Part shown: in pieces, positions 24,436-34,751 of the stretch
Layout: each line of letters begins with the position of its first letter
How positions within the stretch are numbered: position 1 is the first letter of the stretch
Assembly (NCBI GenBank): GCA_045601085.1
Contig: JAZRZD010000019.1
Location: forward strand, 1 to 47,647
Origin: Bacilli bacterium
GTDB lineage: Bacteria; Bacillota_I; Bacilli_A; RFN20; CAG-826
Length of the DNA stretch: 47,647 nt
Direction of reading: 5' to 3'
Made by a program: the position numbers and the translations under genes
The notes under the pieces: model-generated
What the model was told of the DNA's origin: nothing
Databases searched by the model: none
The model's input: the letters and a program-made list of their open reading frames with translations, nothing else

Positions 24436-25404
24436 TTACCCTAAATTGTCATTTAATATGTTTTCTAAATCTTCATAAGAATCCATTTCTGTGGATAGTC
24501 TATTTCTTAATTTCTTACAATTTGGGATAGAGGCAAAGAATTTAGGGGCAATGCCTCTAAACACTCTCATAGCGGTATCTTCACCTTTTTCTTCAATAAG
24601 CATCTTAGCTAACTTTAAACAGTATTTCTTTTGATCTTCAAAGTTATAGTTATTTTCATAACACCCTTTGTTGAAATAATCATTAATTTGCTTAATAAGT
24701 AGAGGATTGCCCACTCCACCACGAGCAATCATAACTGCATCAGCACCAGTAATATTTAGTGCATTAATTGCGTCTTCCACAGTAAATATATTCCCTGATA
24801 CGAGTAAAGGAACATGCATCTTTTTTCTTAAATCTTTAAGTAAATCAAAATGTGGTGTTCCAATATATAACTCTTTGGCAGTTCTAGCATGAATTGCAAT
24901 CATATCCACTCCTGCGTCTTCTAATTCAGAAATTACATCTAAGAAATTAATGTGTGAATTATCAAATCCAAGACGTATTTTAGCGCTTATAGGGAGAGAA
25001 GTTACTTTCTTAATTTCTCTAATAATATCTCCACATTTTTTAGGATTTTTTAATAAGGCAGAACCACTTCCTTGACGAGTAACTTTAGGTACTGGACACG
25101 CCATATTAACATCAAAAAAATCAATGTTTTGACATAGATTTAGACAGATTTGCACACTTTTTGCGATATTGTCTTTATCTGAACCAAATAACTGAACACC
25201 GGTTAAGAAATTACTTTTAGGAAATGATAAATAACTCTCAGTTTCTTTGTTCTTATATAAAAGCCCCATATCAGAAACCATTTCTGTATAGGTAAGGTTA
25301 ACACCAAACTCGGACATAAACTTACGATATGAAAAAGAAGTAATGCCCGCCATAGGTGCAAGTACTAGTTTTTCTTTAATTTCATAAGGTCCAAATTTAA
25401 ACAT
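24436..25404 (-). CDS. dusB: tRNA-dihydrouridine synthase
   Basis: LAPMAG, QLFG, NMACP, KIRLG, IHART; adjacent to lysS. Confidence 0.92.
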   Translation of the reverse strand: MFKFGPYEIKEKLVLAPMAGITSFSYRKFMSEFGVNLTYTEMVSDMGLLYKNKETESYLSFPKSNFLTGVQLFGSDKDNIAKSVQICLNLCQNIDFFDVNMACPVPKVTRQGSGSALLKNPKKCGDIIREIKKVTSLPISAKIRLGFDNSHINFLDVISELEDAGVDMIAIHARTAKELYIGTPHFDLLKDLRKKMHVPLLVSGNIFTVEDAINALNITGADAVMIARGGVGNPLLIKQINDYFNKGCYENNYNFEDQKKYCLKLAKMLIEEKGEDTAMRVFRGIAPKFFASIPNCKKLRNRLSTEMDSYEDLENILNDNLG

Positions 25405-25430
25405 AAAGAAAAAGGGGAATCACACCCCTT
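25405..25430 (-). terminator. Terminator-like hairpin after ftsH
   Basis: Minus strand AAGGGG-TGTGATT-CCCCTT-TTTCTTT, ending directly at the dusB ATG. Confidence 0.55.
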
Positions 25431-25433
25431 AAG

Positions 25434-27560
25434 TTATTTATTTTCGTCTTCTGTATTAGCGACTTCTGGAGAATCACTAACAGGGGTTTCTTCTTTAGGA
25501 GTATCTATAAATGTAGGAGATTCTTCTACTATTTCTTCCTCTTTTTTAGGTTCTTCTTTAGGTTCCTCGTCGCGTTTAAGGTGACCATTTTCTAATAAAT
25601 AATCGATTTCTTCAGCGGTTATTTGTTCATGTTCAATTAAAGTATTAGCAATTAAAGTAACTTCTTTCTTATACTTTTTGATTAATGCTTTAGCTTCTTC
25701 ATGAGCTTGTTCAATAATACCACGGACTTCTCTATCAATTTGTTCTGCAATAGCAGCGGAGAAGTTCTTTTGGTTAGAAGTATAGTCTCTTCCTAAGAAG
25801 ACACTACCTGTATCTCTTTCATATTGGATAGGACCTAATGAAGACATACCAAGTTCAGTAACCATCATTCTAGCGATTAAAGTAGCTTGTTCAATATCAT
25901 TTTGAGCACCTGTAGAAATATCATCAAAGAAGATTTCTTCACTACTTCTACCACCTAAGAAACCAACAATACGTGCAGTAAGTTCATTTTTAGTTAATAA
26001 GAATCTATCTTCTTCTGGAGTCATACGGACATGTCCACCAGTGTTGCCACGTGGAACGATAGTAATTTTTTGAACCTTATCACTATGTGGATATTTGATA
26101 CCAATAATTGCGTGACCAGCTTCATGGAAGGCTACAATCTTACGTTCATGTTCACTTAATGATTTAGAAGATTTAGCAGGTCCTGCAATTCTTCTATCAA
26201 TAGCCTCATCAATTTCATCAATATCAACTTGCTCTTTATTTTTACGAACTGCTAAAATAGCAGCTTCGTTCATAATATTTTCAATATCAGCACCAGAGAA
26301 GCCAACTGTACGTTTTGCAAGAGCCGCAAAATCAACATCACTAGCGACAACTTTATTTCTAGAATGCACTTTAAATATAGCTTCACGACCTAATCTATCT
26401 GGAAGTGAGACAGTAATTTTTCTATCAAATCTACCTGCTCTTAATAAGGCTGGATCAAGAACATCATCTCTATTAGTTGCGGCAATAACAATAATGCCAG
26501 AATTATCAGAGAAACCGTCCATTTCTACTAATAATTGGTTAAGTGTTTGTTCTCTTTCATCGTTACCACCACCAAGGCCAGCGCCTCTTTGTCTACCAAC
26601 AGCATCAATTTCATCAATAAACACTAAGCAAGGAGCGTTTTCTTTAGCAGTCTTAAACATATCTCTAACTCTACCAGCACCGACACCGACGAACATTTCA
26701 ACGAAGTCAGAACCAGAAATAGAATAGAAAGGAACTCCAGCTTCACCAGCAACAGCTTTTGCAAGTAATGTTTTACCTGTTCCTGGAGGACCAACTAAAA
26801 GAACACCTTTTGGTAATTTAGCGCCAAATTTAGCGTATTTTTTAGGTTCTTTTAAGTATGAAACAAGTTCTTCCATTTCGTATTTTTCTTCATCGCATCC
26901 AGCAACATCAGCAAATCTAACTTTACTAGTGGCTTTACGTGCTCTAGATTTATTAAATTCAAGGGCTTTATTGTTAGAATTACCAACAGCGCCAGACAAT
27001 CTAGAGAATAAGAATAAAACAATAATTACTGAACCAATCATTAAAATAATTGTTGGTCCCCATTGATCCCAGAAACTAACAACATAGGCATCACCAGCAT
27101 TTAGAATCTTTAATCCTGTATATGTTGATTTACCAGTAGCATTATATGTTTCAAGAGTGGATTCCCAACCATGGACTAATTCAGATAAGGATTTACCAGC
27201 AGGAATAGCGTGGGTAGTTGCCATATCATCTTCTAAATGATAGACAAATTCAACGTTATTGTTTTGTGTATAAAAAGTAGAATCAACTTTAAATGTGTAA
27301 TTTCTTTTACCATTTGGACTGTTATATTCACCAGAAAGAACTACAAAGGAATTGTAATTATCAGTTTCTTGAATTGTAGAGATTCTACAGTTAATAAAGT
27401 TATCAATAAAGACTTGTTCGCTTTCAAATACATCGGTGGTATTACCTCTTCCTAAAAGTAAATACACGAATAGGAAAACAATTCCAATGATTAAAAGGAA
27501 TGAAAATATTAAACCAGTTGGTCTTGGTCTTCTAATTTGTTGAGGATTGTTATTTGGCAT
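25434..27560 (-). CDS. ftsH: ATP-dependent zinc metalloprotease FtsH
   Basis: Two TM helices, GPPGTGKT, FIDEID, second region of homology, HEAGH. Confidence 0.98.
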   Translation of the reverse strand: MPNNNPQQIRRPRPTGLIFSFLLIIGIVFLFVYLLLGRGNTTDVFESEQVFIDNFINCRISTIQETDNYNSFVVLSGEYNSPNGKRNYTFKVDSTFYTQNNNVEFVYHLEDDMATTHAIPAGKSLSELVHGWESTLETYNATGKSTYTGLKILNAGDAYVVSFWDQWGPTIILMIGSVIIVLFLFSRLSGAVGNSNNKALEFNKSRARKATSKVRFADVAGCDEEKYEMEELVSYLKEPKKYAKFGAKLPKGVLLVGPPGTGKTLLAKAVAGEAGVPFYSISGSDFVEMFVGVGAGRVRDMFKTAKENAPCLVFIDEIDAVGRQRGAGLGGGNDEREQTLNQLLVEMDGFSDNSGIIVIAATNRDDVLDPALLRAGRFDRKITVSLPDRLGREAIFKVHSRNKVVASDVDFAALAKRTVGFSGADIENIMNEAAILAVRKNKEQVDIDEIDEAIDRRIAGPAKSSKSLSEHERKIVAFHEAGHAIIGIKYPHSDKVQKITIVPRGNTGGHVRMTPEEDRFLLTKNELTARIVGFLGGRSSEEIFFDDISTGAQNDIEQATLIARMMVTELGMSSLGPIQYERDTGSVFLGRDYTSNQKNFSAAIAEQIDREVRGIIEQAHEEAKALIKKYKKEVTLIANTLIEHEQITAEEIDYLLENGHLKRDEEPKEEPKKEEEIVEESPTFIDTPKEETPVSDSPEVANTEDENK

Positions 27561-27625
27561 AGAAGCCTCCTTTCATACGACACTAGTACAAGTATTATAT
27601 ATAATACCAAAAAAATAGATATAAA

Positions 27626-30600
27626 CTAACTAATTTCAATAACTTTGTTATGAATTAGTATCTCTCTAAGATTATACAAAACACCTTCAAGATTCTTTAA
27701 GTAACCATCATTTTTTGTGATGGTAACTTTAAATTTGTTCTGCAAATATCCGATTTTTACCACTGTTAAATATGGAATAATTGCTTCAAAAATCATATTG
27801 CCAACACCACGAATATTAATAAATTCATCACCTAAATTAAATTCCACAGATACTTGAGTTTCTTTAACATTATTCGCTCCAACATCAGCAAAAAGGAGCT
27901 CAATATTTTTTCTTGAGAATAATAGTTCAACCTCTTTAGGAATTATTCCATAAATATCTCTAACTTTAAGTTTAAGTTTACTAAGAGATTCTGTTGAAGA
28001 ACATGAAAGGATATCTTGATACATTTCAATCTTATTTGAATCTGCAGCATATTGGTCAGGAATATAACCACTAAAGTTAAGGAAATTATCTATTTTAGTG
28101 GCTTTTTGTTGGGTTTTTCCAGTTTTTTCTTGTACTGCTTCATTTAATAATTTGATATACAAATCTAGTCCAATTGAATCAATAAATCCTGCTTGGTCTG
28201 GACCTAAAATATCACCTGCTCCTCTAATCATTAAATCTCTTTGGGCAATCTTATATCCACTACCTAACTCAGTGAAATCTTGAATGGCTTTTAATCTTTT
28301 TTGAGCGTTCTCATTAAGTATCTTTTGACCGTTAAACATTAAATAAGCATAAGCAATTCTATTACCCCTACCAACACGGCCTTTAATTTGATAAAGCTGA
28401 GCCAAACCATAATGGTCACTATCATCAACAATAATCATATTTGCGTTAGGAATATCAATACCGTTTTCAATAATAGAGGTGCACACCAAAACATCGATAT
28501 TGCCACAATAGAAAGCATCCATAATTTTTTCTAATTCTTCTTTAGGCATCTGACCATGCGCCATTGCTATTTTTGCACTTGGTACTGCTTTATGTAATCT
28601 AGAAGCAACTGACGAAAGAGTAGAAACATTATTATGTAAGTAAAACACTTGTCCTTCTCTACCTAATTCTCTTTCAATAAGTTCTTTAACAACTTCTAAA
28701 GAATATGGCATTACATATGTTTGTATAGGCATTCTTTCGTTTGGTGCTGTATTAATTTGCGATAAGCTTCTTACTCCTAATAAAGATATTTGTAATGTTC
28801 TTGGAATAGGTGTCGCGGATAAAGTTAATACATCAATATTGGAACGTAATTCCTTAATCTTTTCTTTTTGTTCCACACCAAAACGTTGTTCCTCATCTAT
28901 TACAAGTAACCCTAAATCTTTAAAAGAAATCTTGTTTGATAATATTTTATGAGTGCCAATTGCAAGATGGATTGAACCATCTGCTAAACCTTTTATATAT
29001 TCTTTTTCTTGTTTATCAGTTACAAATCTAGAAAAAAGAGCAACCTTTATATCATAAGGAGAAAATCTTTCCACTGCTCGTTCAAAATGTTGTCTTGCTA
29101 AAAGTGTAGTTGGGCACAATATTACAGCTTGTTTCCCAGAAGAAATAGCCTTAAATATGGCTTCAAACGCAACTTCCGTTTTACCAAATCCTACATCACC
29201 ACAAACAAGTCTATCCATTGGGTGATCAGACATCATATCTTGTTTAATTTCCTGAACCGCTTTCTTTTGGTCTGGGGTTAATTCATGATGAAATGATTTT
29301 TCAAAGTCTTCTTGAATCTCATCATCCTCTTGGAAGGCATATCCCTTAATAGCACTTCGTTCTTTATATAAATCAAATAAACGTTTCGCTAAATCATTAA
29401 TCTTTTCTTTGATTCTTGCTTTAGTGTTTTCCCAGTCTTTGCTATGTAATCTAGATAATTTAGGAGCGGCTCCTTCTTTTCCTTGATACTTTCTAACTAA
29501 TTGGAATTGAGTTAAAGGAACATATAAGAATTCATTGCCACCATATTCAATTTTTAAATAATCACGCATCTCATTATTAACTTCCATTGTTTCTAATGAG
29601 ACAAATCTTCCAATACCTTGATATTCATGTACAACAAAGTCACCAGGCTCTAAATCTTCAAAGGAAGTTAATATTGTGGCTTTCTTAAATCTTGAATCAA
29701 ATCTAACCACTCTTACTTTCTCATTAAATAGTTCAAAGGAAGTTAACACTACTAACTTTTCATGCTCGCATACAAATCCTTTATTTAAATTAAAGGAAGT
29801 TAATAAGATGTCTTTTTGAGGAACACTTAAATCATGACCAAGTTCAAAATTGATATTTTCGGTAAGCAAGTATTCAGAAATTAAATTAATACTTTCACTG
29901 TTAGAGAGGGCCACTATAATCTTGTAGCCATCGTTTAAATAACTACGGATAACTCTAATAGCGTCTTCTTTATTTGAAGCTACAAATTTAACATCGCTAA
30001 CTCCAAAGTCATAATAATTATTTCCGTAAGCCAATAATGTAGTTTGTAAAATCTTATTCTTTCTAATTGCCATATCTAAAACTTGGTAATAAGAAAGATG
30101 GGATATTGATTTTCCATTATTAAAAAGTTCATATAAAAATTCATGAGACTCTTTAATTAACATTTCCTCACTTACTTTTAATGAATTTATGTCTACAAGC
30201 GAAACAATATAGTCTTCTGCATAGTCAAATAATGAATAATTTTTACATTGCATATATCCGAAATATTTATATAAGTTTACATCAATGTTGTTTTCTAAAA
30301 TCTTACTTATATCTTCATCAACATTTAAAAGTAGATTATCTGAAACCGTTCCAGTTAGCACAGATTTATCTTTTTCTAATTGGTTTTGTATTTTTTCTAT
30401 TCCGGATTTAACATCTTCATCTGATAATAAAATGTCATTACCTGGTAAAATCTTACATATTTGCAGTTTATTACTGGACTTTTGAGTGGAAATATCGAAC
30501 TCCCTAATTGATTCAACTTCATTTCCAAATAATTCAATTCTAATAGGAAATTCATTATTAACTGAATAAATATCAATAATGTCTCCACGTATTGCAAATT

Positions 30601-31093
30601 GAAGACTTTGATCAATTTTATTTACAAGTTGATAACCTGAATTAATTAGAGTCCTTCTAATTGATTTAACATCAATATTATCTCCTATTTTTATTTCAAT
30701 AATGTCTTTTTTAAATAACTCTGGACTTGGAAGATATCTTAAAGCCGCTGAAAGGTTAGTAACAATTATTTTTGGTTTGTTATTAATAATCTTATCTAGG
30801 GCAAAAATTCTATTAGCAATTAATTCTTTACTCGAAGAAATAGTTTCTGCTCTAATTAATTCGTCAGCAGGGAATAAAACTACATCATCTCCAACAAGTT
30901 GAGATAAAGTTGAAAATATCTTCTGCGCTTTATAAAGATTTGATGTGACTAAGATATATTTCTTATTAGAATTCTTAATTGCGACCGCTGTTAGAAGAGA
31001 AATTCCTACATTATCATCTACGACAAAAAGCCCCTTTCCGCTCAAGTAAGGGGGTATAGCAATATTATTTTTAAGTAGATCAATAATGTTAAT
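27626..31093 (-). CDS. mfd: Transcription-repair coupling factor; probable ATT start at 31093
   Basis: UvrB-like region, VVH..GIG, GDVGFGKTE, DEEQRFG, SATPIPRT, GRVGR, TRG motif. Start inferred from SD position (ORF track gives TTG at 31045). Confidence 0.95.
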   Translation of the reverse strand: MNIIDLLKNNIAIPPYLSGKGLFVVDDNVGISLLTAVAIKNSNKKYILVTSNLYKAQKIFSTLSQLVGDDVVLFPADELIRAETISSSKELIANRIFALDKIINNKPKIIVTNLSAALRYLPSPELFKKDIIEIKIGDNIDVKSIRRTLINSGYQLVNKIDQSLQFAIRGDIIDIYSVNNEFPIRIELFGNEVESIREFDISTQKSSNKLQICKILPGNDILLSDEDVKSGIEKIQNQLEKDKSVLTGTVSDNLLLNVDEDISKILENNIDVNLYKYFGYMQCKNYSLFDYAEDYIVSLVDINSLKVSEEMLIKESHEFLYELFNNGKSISHLSYYQVLDMAIRKNKILQTTLLAYGNNYYDFGVSDVKFVASNKEDAIRVIRSYLNDGYKIIVALSNSESINLISEYLLTENINFELGHDLSVPQKDILLTSFNLNKGFVCEHEKLVVLTSFELFNEKVRVVRFDSRFKKATILTSFEDLEPGDFVVHEYQGIGRFVSLETMEVNNEMRDYLKIEYGGNEFLYVPLTQFQLVRKYQGKEGAAPKLSRLHSKDWENTKARIKEKINDLAKRLFDLYKERSAIKGYAFQEDDEIQEDFEKSFHHELTPDQKKAVQEIKQDMMSDHPMDRLVCGDVGFGKTEVAFEAIFKAISSGKQAVILCPTTLLARQHFERAVERFSPYDIKVALFSRFVTDKQEKEYIKGLADGSIHLAIGTHKILSNKISFKDLGLLVIDEEQRFGVEQKEKIKELRSNIDVLTLSATPIPRTLQISLLGVRSLSQINTAPNERMPIQTYVMPYSLEVVKELIERELGREGQVFYLHNNVSTLSSVASRLHKAVPSAKIAMAHGQMPKEELEKIMDAFYCGNIDVLVCTSIIENGIDIPNANMIIVDDSDHYGLAQLYQIKGRVGRGNRIAYAYLMFNGQKILNENAQKRLKAIQDFTELGSGYKIAQRDLMIRGAGDILGPDQAGFIDSIGLDLYIKLLNEAVQEKTGKTQQKATKIDNFLNFSGYIPDQYAADSNKIEMYQDILSCSSTESLSKLKLKVRDIYGIIPKEVELLFSRKNIELLFADVGANNVKETQVSVEFNLGDEFINIRGVGNMIFEAIIPYLTVVKIGYLQNKFKVTITKNDGYLKNLEGVLYNLREILIHNKVIEIS

Positions 31094-31109
31094 CGATAAT
31101 CATCTCCTT

Positions 31110-31661
31110 CTAATTAAATTTAGACATCGCTTTATCAAAATTCTCTAGGAGAATATACTTAAGCGCTTCCGCTGCTTTATTAACACCTTCATCAATTAAA
31201 GGTTGTTCCTCTTTTGAAGGTTTACCAAGCACAAAGTCTATGCTATCTGATTTAGGTTCGCCTATCCCGACTCTAATACGCTTTATATTTTCAGTTCCAA
31301 GTTGTTCAATAATGTTTCTGATACCATTATGACCGCCACAAGAACCAGATTTTCTTAATCTAATCTGTCCTGGTTTTAACGCCATTTCATCATAGATAAC
31401 TATTATGTTTTCTAATGGAATCTTAAAGAAATGCACAATTTCTTGAACTGCAGTGCCGGATAAATTCATAAATGTTGTAGGCTTAAATAAAATTAAATCT
31501 TCATCAAAAGCTTTACCTTTTCCAGCTATACCTTTAAATACTTCTTTGTCCATTTCAATTTGTGTCATTGCACTAAAAAGATCAAGAACATCAAACCCCA
31601 TATTATGACGAGTATGTTCATATTTCTTTCCTGGATTTCCTAAACCAACAATAAGTTTCAT
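31110..31661 (-). CDS. pth: Peptidyl-tRNA hydrolase
   Basis: MKLIVGLGNPG, TRHN.G, KP.TFMNLSG, GGHNG; start set to the canonical MKLIV. Confidence 0.97.
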   Translation of the reverse strand: MKLIVGLGNPGKKYEHTRHNMGFDVLDLFSAMTQIEMDKEVFKGIAGKGKAFDEDLILFKPTTFMNLSGTAVQEIVHFFKIPLENIIVIYDEMALKPGQIRLRKSGSCGGHNGIRNIIEQLGTENIKRIRVGIGEPKSDSIDFVLGKPSKEEQPLIDEGVNKAAEALKYILLENFDKAMSKFN

Positions 31662-31723
31662 AGCAAACACAATTATATTACAAAAATTTAGTAAACACTA
31701 AAAACATGTTATATTTATTAAGT

Positions 31724-32689
31724 ATGAAAAACTGGTTTAAGTCATTTTTCTCAGGTGCTGCTATTGGAGTTGCCTCATCAATTCCAGGAGTTTCTGGTGG
31801 AACAATCGCTGTTATATTAAAAATCTACGACACCATAGTAGGTGCTGTTGGTGGATTATTAAAAAACTTTAAGAAAAACGTTTTAATTCTTTTACCAATT
31901 TTTCTTGGGGTAATAGTTGCATTTATGCCATGTTTACTCTTAATGGATATTGCATTAAATGGATTTATCTTTGCATTAGTGTGTTTATTTGCAGGCTTTA
32001 TTATTGGTAGTTTCCCTTCAATTACTGACAATGTAAAAGGCCAAAAAGTTACAAATAAAGACATTATTGCAGCGGTTATTTGTTTTGTTGTCACCATTTC
32101 ACTTGGAATAATAAGTGTCATTATAAAATCTAACAACACTATTGATGATTGGTTCCAAAATCCAAATGTTTGGTTATTTTTAACTCTTATTCCGGTAGGA
32201 GCTATTGGAGCGTCAGCATTAGTAATTCCAGGTATTTCTGGAGGAACATTATTACTAATTCTTGGATACTATAAACCTATTATTCAATACTGTTCCGAAT
32301 GGTTAAAAGAAATGCTTTCTGGTAACTTTGATCATACAGGCGCACTATTTGGAATAGCAGGATGCTTCTTAGTTGGAGCAATCTTAGGTTTCTTCTTTAT
32401 TAGCAAGTTTATGCATTTCTGTTTATCTAAATATAGAAAAATCACATTCTATTCCATTATTGGATTTATTTTAGGAAGCATTATTACATTATTTGTAAAC
32501 AATACATTATTTGATTATTTTAGAGTTTGGGCAGAAGGAAGTTATATTGCAATTCCAATGTTTGCTGAAATAATTATTGGCGCAGTTTTATTAATAGCTG
32601 CTGCCATAGGGGCGTATATGCTTGTACGTTATGAACGCAAACTAAAACAAGCAGAAGCTAATCAAATAACTCAATCAAAAGCTGAATAA
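31724..32689 (+). CDS. DUF368 family membrane protein (family implicated in undecaprenyl-phosphate recycling)
   Basis: Duplicated IPGVSGGT / IPGISGGT motifs, multiple TM helices; start moved to MKNWF. Confidence 0.88.
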   Translation: MKNWFKSFFSGAAIGVASSIPGVSGGTIAVILKIYDTIVGAVGGLLKNFKKNVLILLPIFLGVIVAFMPCLLLMDIALNGFIFALVCLFAGFIIGSFPSITDNVKGQKVTNKDIIAAVICFVVTISLGIISVIIKSNNTIDDWFQNPNVWLFLTLIPVGAIGASALVIPGISGGTLLLILGYYKPIIQYCSEWLKEMLSGNFDHTGALFGIAGCFLVGAILGFFFISKFMHFCLSKYRKITFYSIIGFILGSIITLFVNNTLFDYFRVWAEGSYIAIPMFAEIIIGAVLLIAAAIGAYMLVRYERKLKQAEANQITQSKAE

Positions 32690-34750
32690 TTATATCTTCA
32701 TGGCAACATCCCATGCACGCCATATAACAGTTCTTAAATTGCCAATTCCATTACAATCTCCCACTAAATGAACATGTGAAGATTTTTTAAATAATGGAGA
32801 TGGAATATATCCAATACAGCTAATTACTGCACTACCATCAATATCTTTTGTAGTGCCATCTTTTTCTTTAATGGTGACACCATGATCATTAATTACAGAT
32901 ACTCCCGTTTCAAGATATACAGGCACTTTATGTAATGCAAGATATTCTCTTAAATATGAGGAGTTAGCTAAACATACACCAGTTTGAGCAATTAAATCAT
33001 TCTTCATTTCAATAACTGTAGGATTTTTACCTTGTAATGATAATTCGTAAGCAATTTCACATCCTGTAAGACCGCCACCAATAATGATTGGATTATCACC
33101 AACATTGTTATTACCAGATAAATAACTAACTGCATCAATACATTTATCAAAGTTAGGCATATTAAGTTTTCTTGCCTTACTACCAGTAGCTACAATAATT
33201 TCTTTTTCTTTTATATCCTTAACATTATGGATTTCTTTATTGAATTCAATCTTAATATTTGGATATTTCTTTAATTCATTTTTATACCACTCAATAAGAG
33301 CTTTATCAGAATCTTTAAATGAGAAATTACTAGCAGCAATAAATACACCACCAAGTTTGTCTGTCTTTTCATAAATAGTTGGATTATGACCACGTTTTGC
33401 GAGTACTAATGCAGCTTCCATACCACCAACACCGCCACCAATAATAGCAACCTCCTTGGCTTTTTTAGCCTTCTTAATGAAGTATTTATTAGTGTGCATT
33501 GTTTCAGGATTTAATGCACATCTTGCCATGTGAAGTGAGTCATTTAAACTTTGGTCATTTGGTACACCTTTATAGTGAGCCATATTGAAACATCCATTAT
33601 GACAACAAATACAAGGATGGATTTCTTTTTCTCTACCTTGCATTAATTTTGTTATCCATTCAGGATCCACTAAGAATTGTCTAGCAACTCCCATAGCGGC
33701 AATTTTGCCTTCTTTAATAGATTTACTAGCAGCGTCAACTGTCATCTTGCCTGCACAAACAACAGGAATATCAACAAACTTAGAAATATGTTCAACATCT
33801 GCTAAGTTACAGTTATTTGGCATATATCCAGGAGGGTGAGCCCAGTACCAAGCATCATATGTTCCGTTATCACAGTTAAGCATATCGTAGCCTGCATCTT
33901 GTAAATATTTAGCGGCCTTTTCGCTTTCCTCTAAATCCCTACCAACTTCGACATAATCTTCATTTGGTAATGCGCCTTGTTGGAATCCTTTAGTTTTACT
34001 AACAACAGAATATCTTAATGATACTGGGAAATCTTCCCCACAAGCTTTCTTAATAGCTTTAACAATATCAACAGGGAATTTATAACGTCCTTCAAAACTA
34101 CCACCGTATTCATCTGTGCGTTGGTTAGTGTATTTCATTGTAAATTGATCAATTAAATATCCTTCGTGAACTGCATGGACTTCAATACCATCTACTCCGG
34201 CGTCTTTACAAAGTTTTGCAGTTTTAGCGAATGCTTCTACCATTTTATTAATTTGTTTTAGTGTTAATTCTTTAGCGATTACTTCATTATCCCATCTATT
34301 TGGGTTAGCAGAAGCAGATGCACATAAGTAATCAACATCAAATATTGGTTTAAGTAAAACTTTTAAGAATTTATTTTTACAAGCTTTTGCCATTAAAGGA
34401 TTAATTGCCATACTTCTTCCAAATCCAGCGGTAAGTTGAACAAATAATTTAGAATCAGTTTCTTTATGAAGTTTATCCATAAAGACTTTTAATTTCTTAT
34501 ACATTCCTTTATTGGAATATAACCAACCTCCCATCATTGGGTTTTTAATTGGGGCAATGCCTGGAAGAATTAAACCAACATTATTTTTCGCTCTTTGTAA
34601 AATAAAATTAGCGGCTTCTTTATCAAAATGGGCAGGTTCCATCCATCCAAATAATGATGTACCTCCCATAGAGGTCATAACAAACCTGTTTTTGATTTCA
34701 CAATCCCTAATTTTCCAAGGGGTTAATAGATTTTGATACTCTTCTTTCAT
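32690..34750 (-). CDS. Two-domain old-yellow-enzyme family oxidoreductase (2-enoate reductase-like; FMN, 4Fe-4S, FAD)
   Basis: EVHAVHEGYL, N.RTDEYGGS, CICCHNGC...C cluster motif, two GxGxxG motifs. SD AAGGAG precedes the ATG at 34750. Confidence 0.88.
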   Translation of the reverse strand: MKEEYQNLLTPWKIRDCEIKNRFVMTSMGGTSLFGWMEPAHFDKEAANFILQRAKNNVGLILPGIAPIKNPMMGGWLYSNKGMYKKLKVFMDKLHKETDSKLFVQLTAGFGRSMAINPLMAKACKNKFLKVLLKPIFDVDYLCASASANPNRWDNEVIAKELTLKQINKMVEAFAKTAKLCKDAGVDGIEVHAVHEGYLIDQFTMKYTNQRTDEYGGSFEGRYKFPVDIVKAIKKACGEDFPVSLRYSVVSKTKGFQQGALPNEDYVEVGRDLEESEKAAKYLQDAGYDMLNCDNGTYDAWYWAHPPGYMPNNCNLADVEHISKFVDIPVVCAGKMTVDAASKSIKEGKIAAMGVARQFLVDPEWITKLMQGREKEIHPCICCHNGCFNMAHYKGVPNDQSLNDSLHMARCALNPETMHTNKYFIKKAKKAKEVAIIGGGVGGMEAALVLAKRGHNPTIYEKTDKLGGVFIAASNFSFKDSDKALIEWYKNELKKYPNIKIEFNKEIHNVKDIKEKEIIVATGSKARKLNMPNFDKCIDAVSYLSGNNNVGDNPIIIGGGLTGCEIAYELSLQGKNPTVIEMKNDLIAQTGVCLANSSYLREYLALHKVPVYLETGVSVINDHGVTIKEKDGTTKDIDGSAVISCIGYIPSPLFKKSSHVHLVGDCNGIGNLRTVIWRAWDVAMKI

Positions 34751-34751
34751 T

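Noticed and set aside
32690-34750. Bilirubin reductase BilR
   Set aside because: Lacks the HGDR motif; has HEGY instead.
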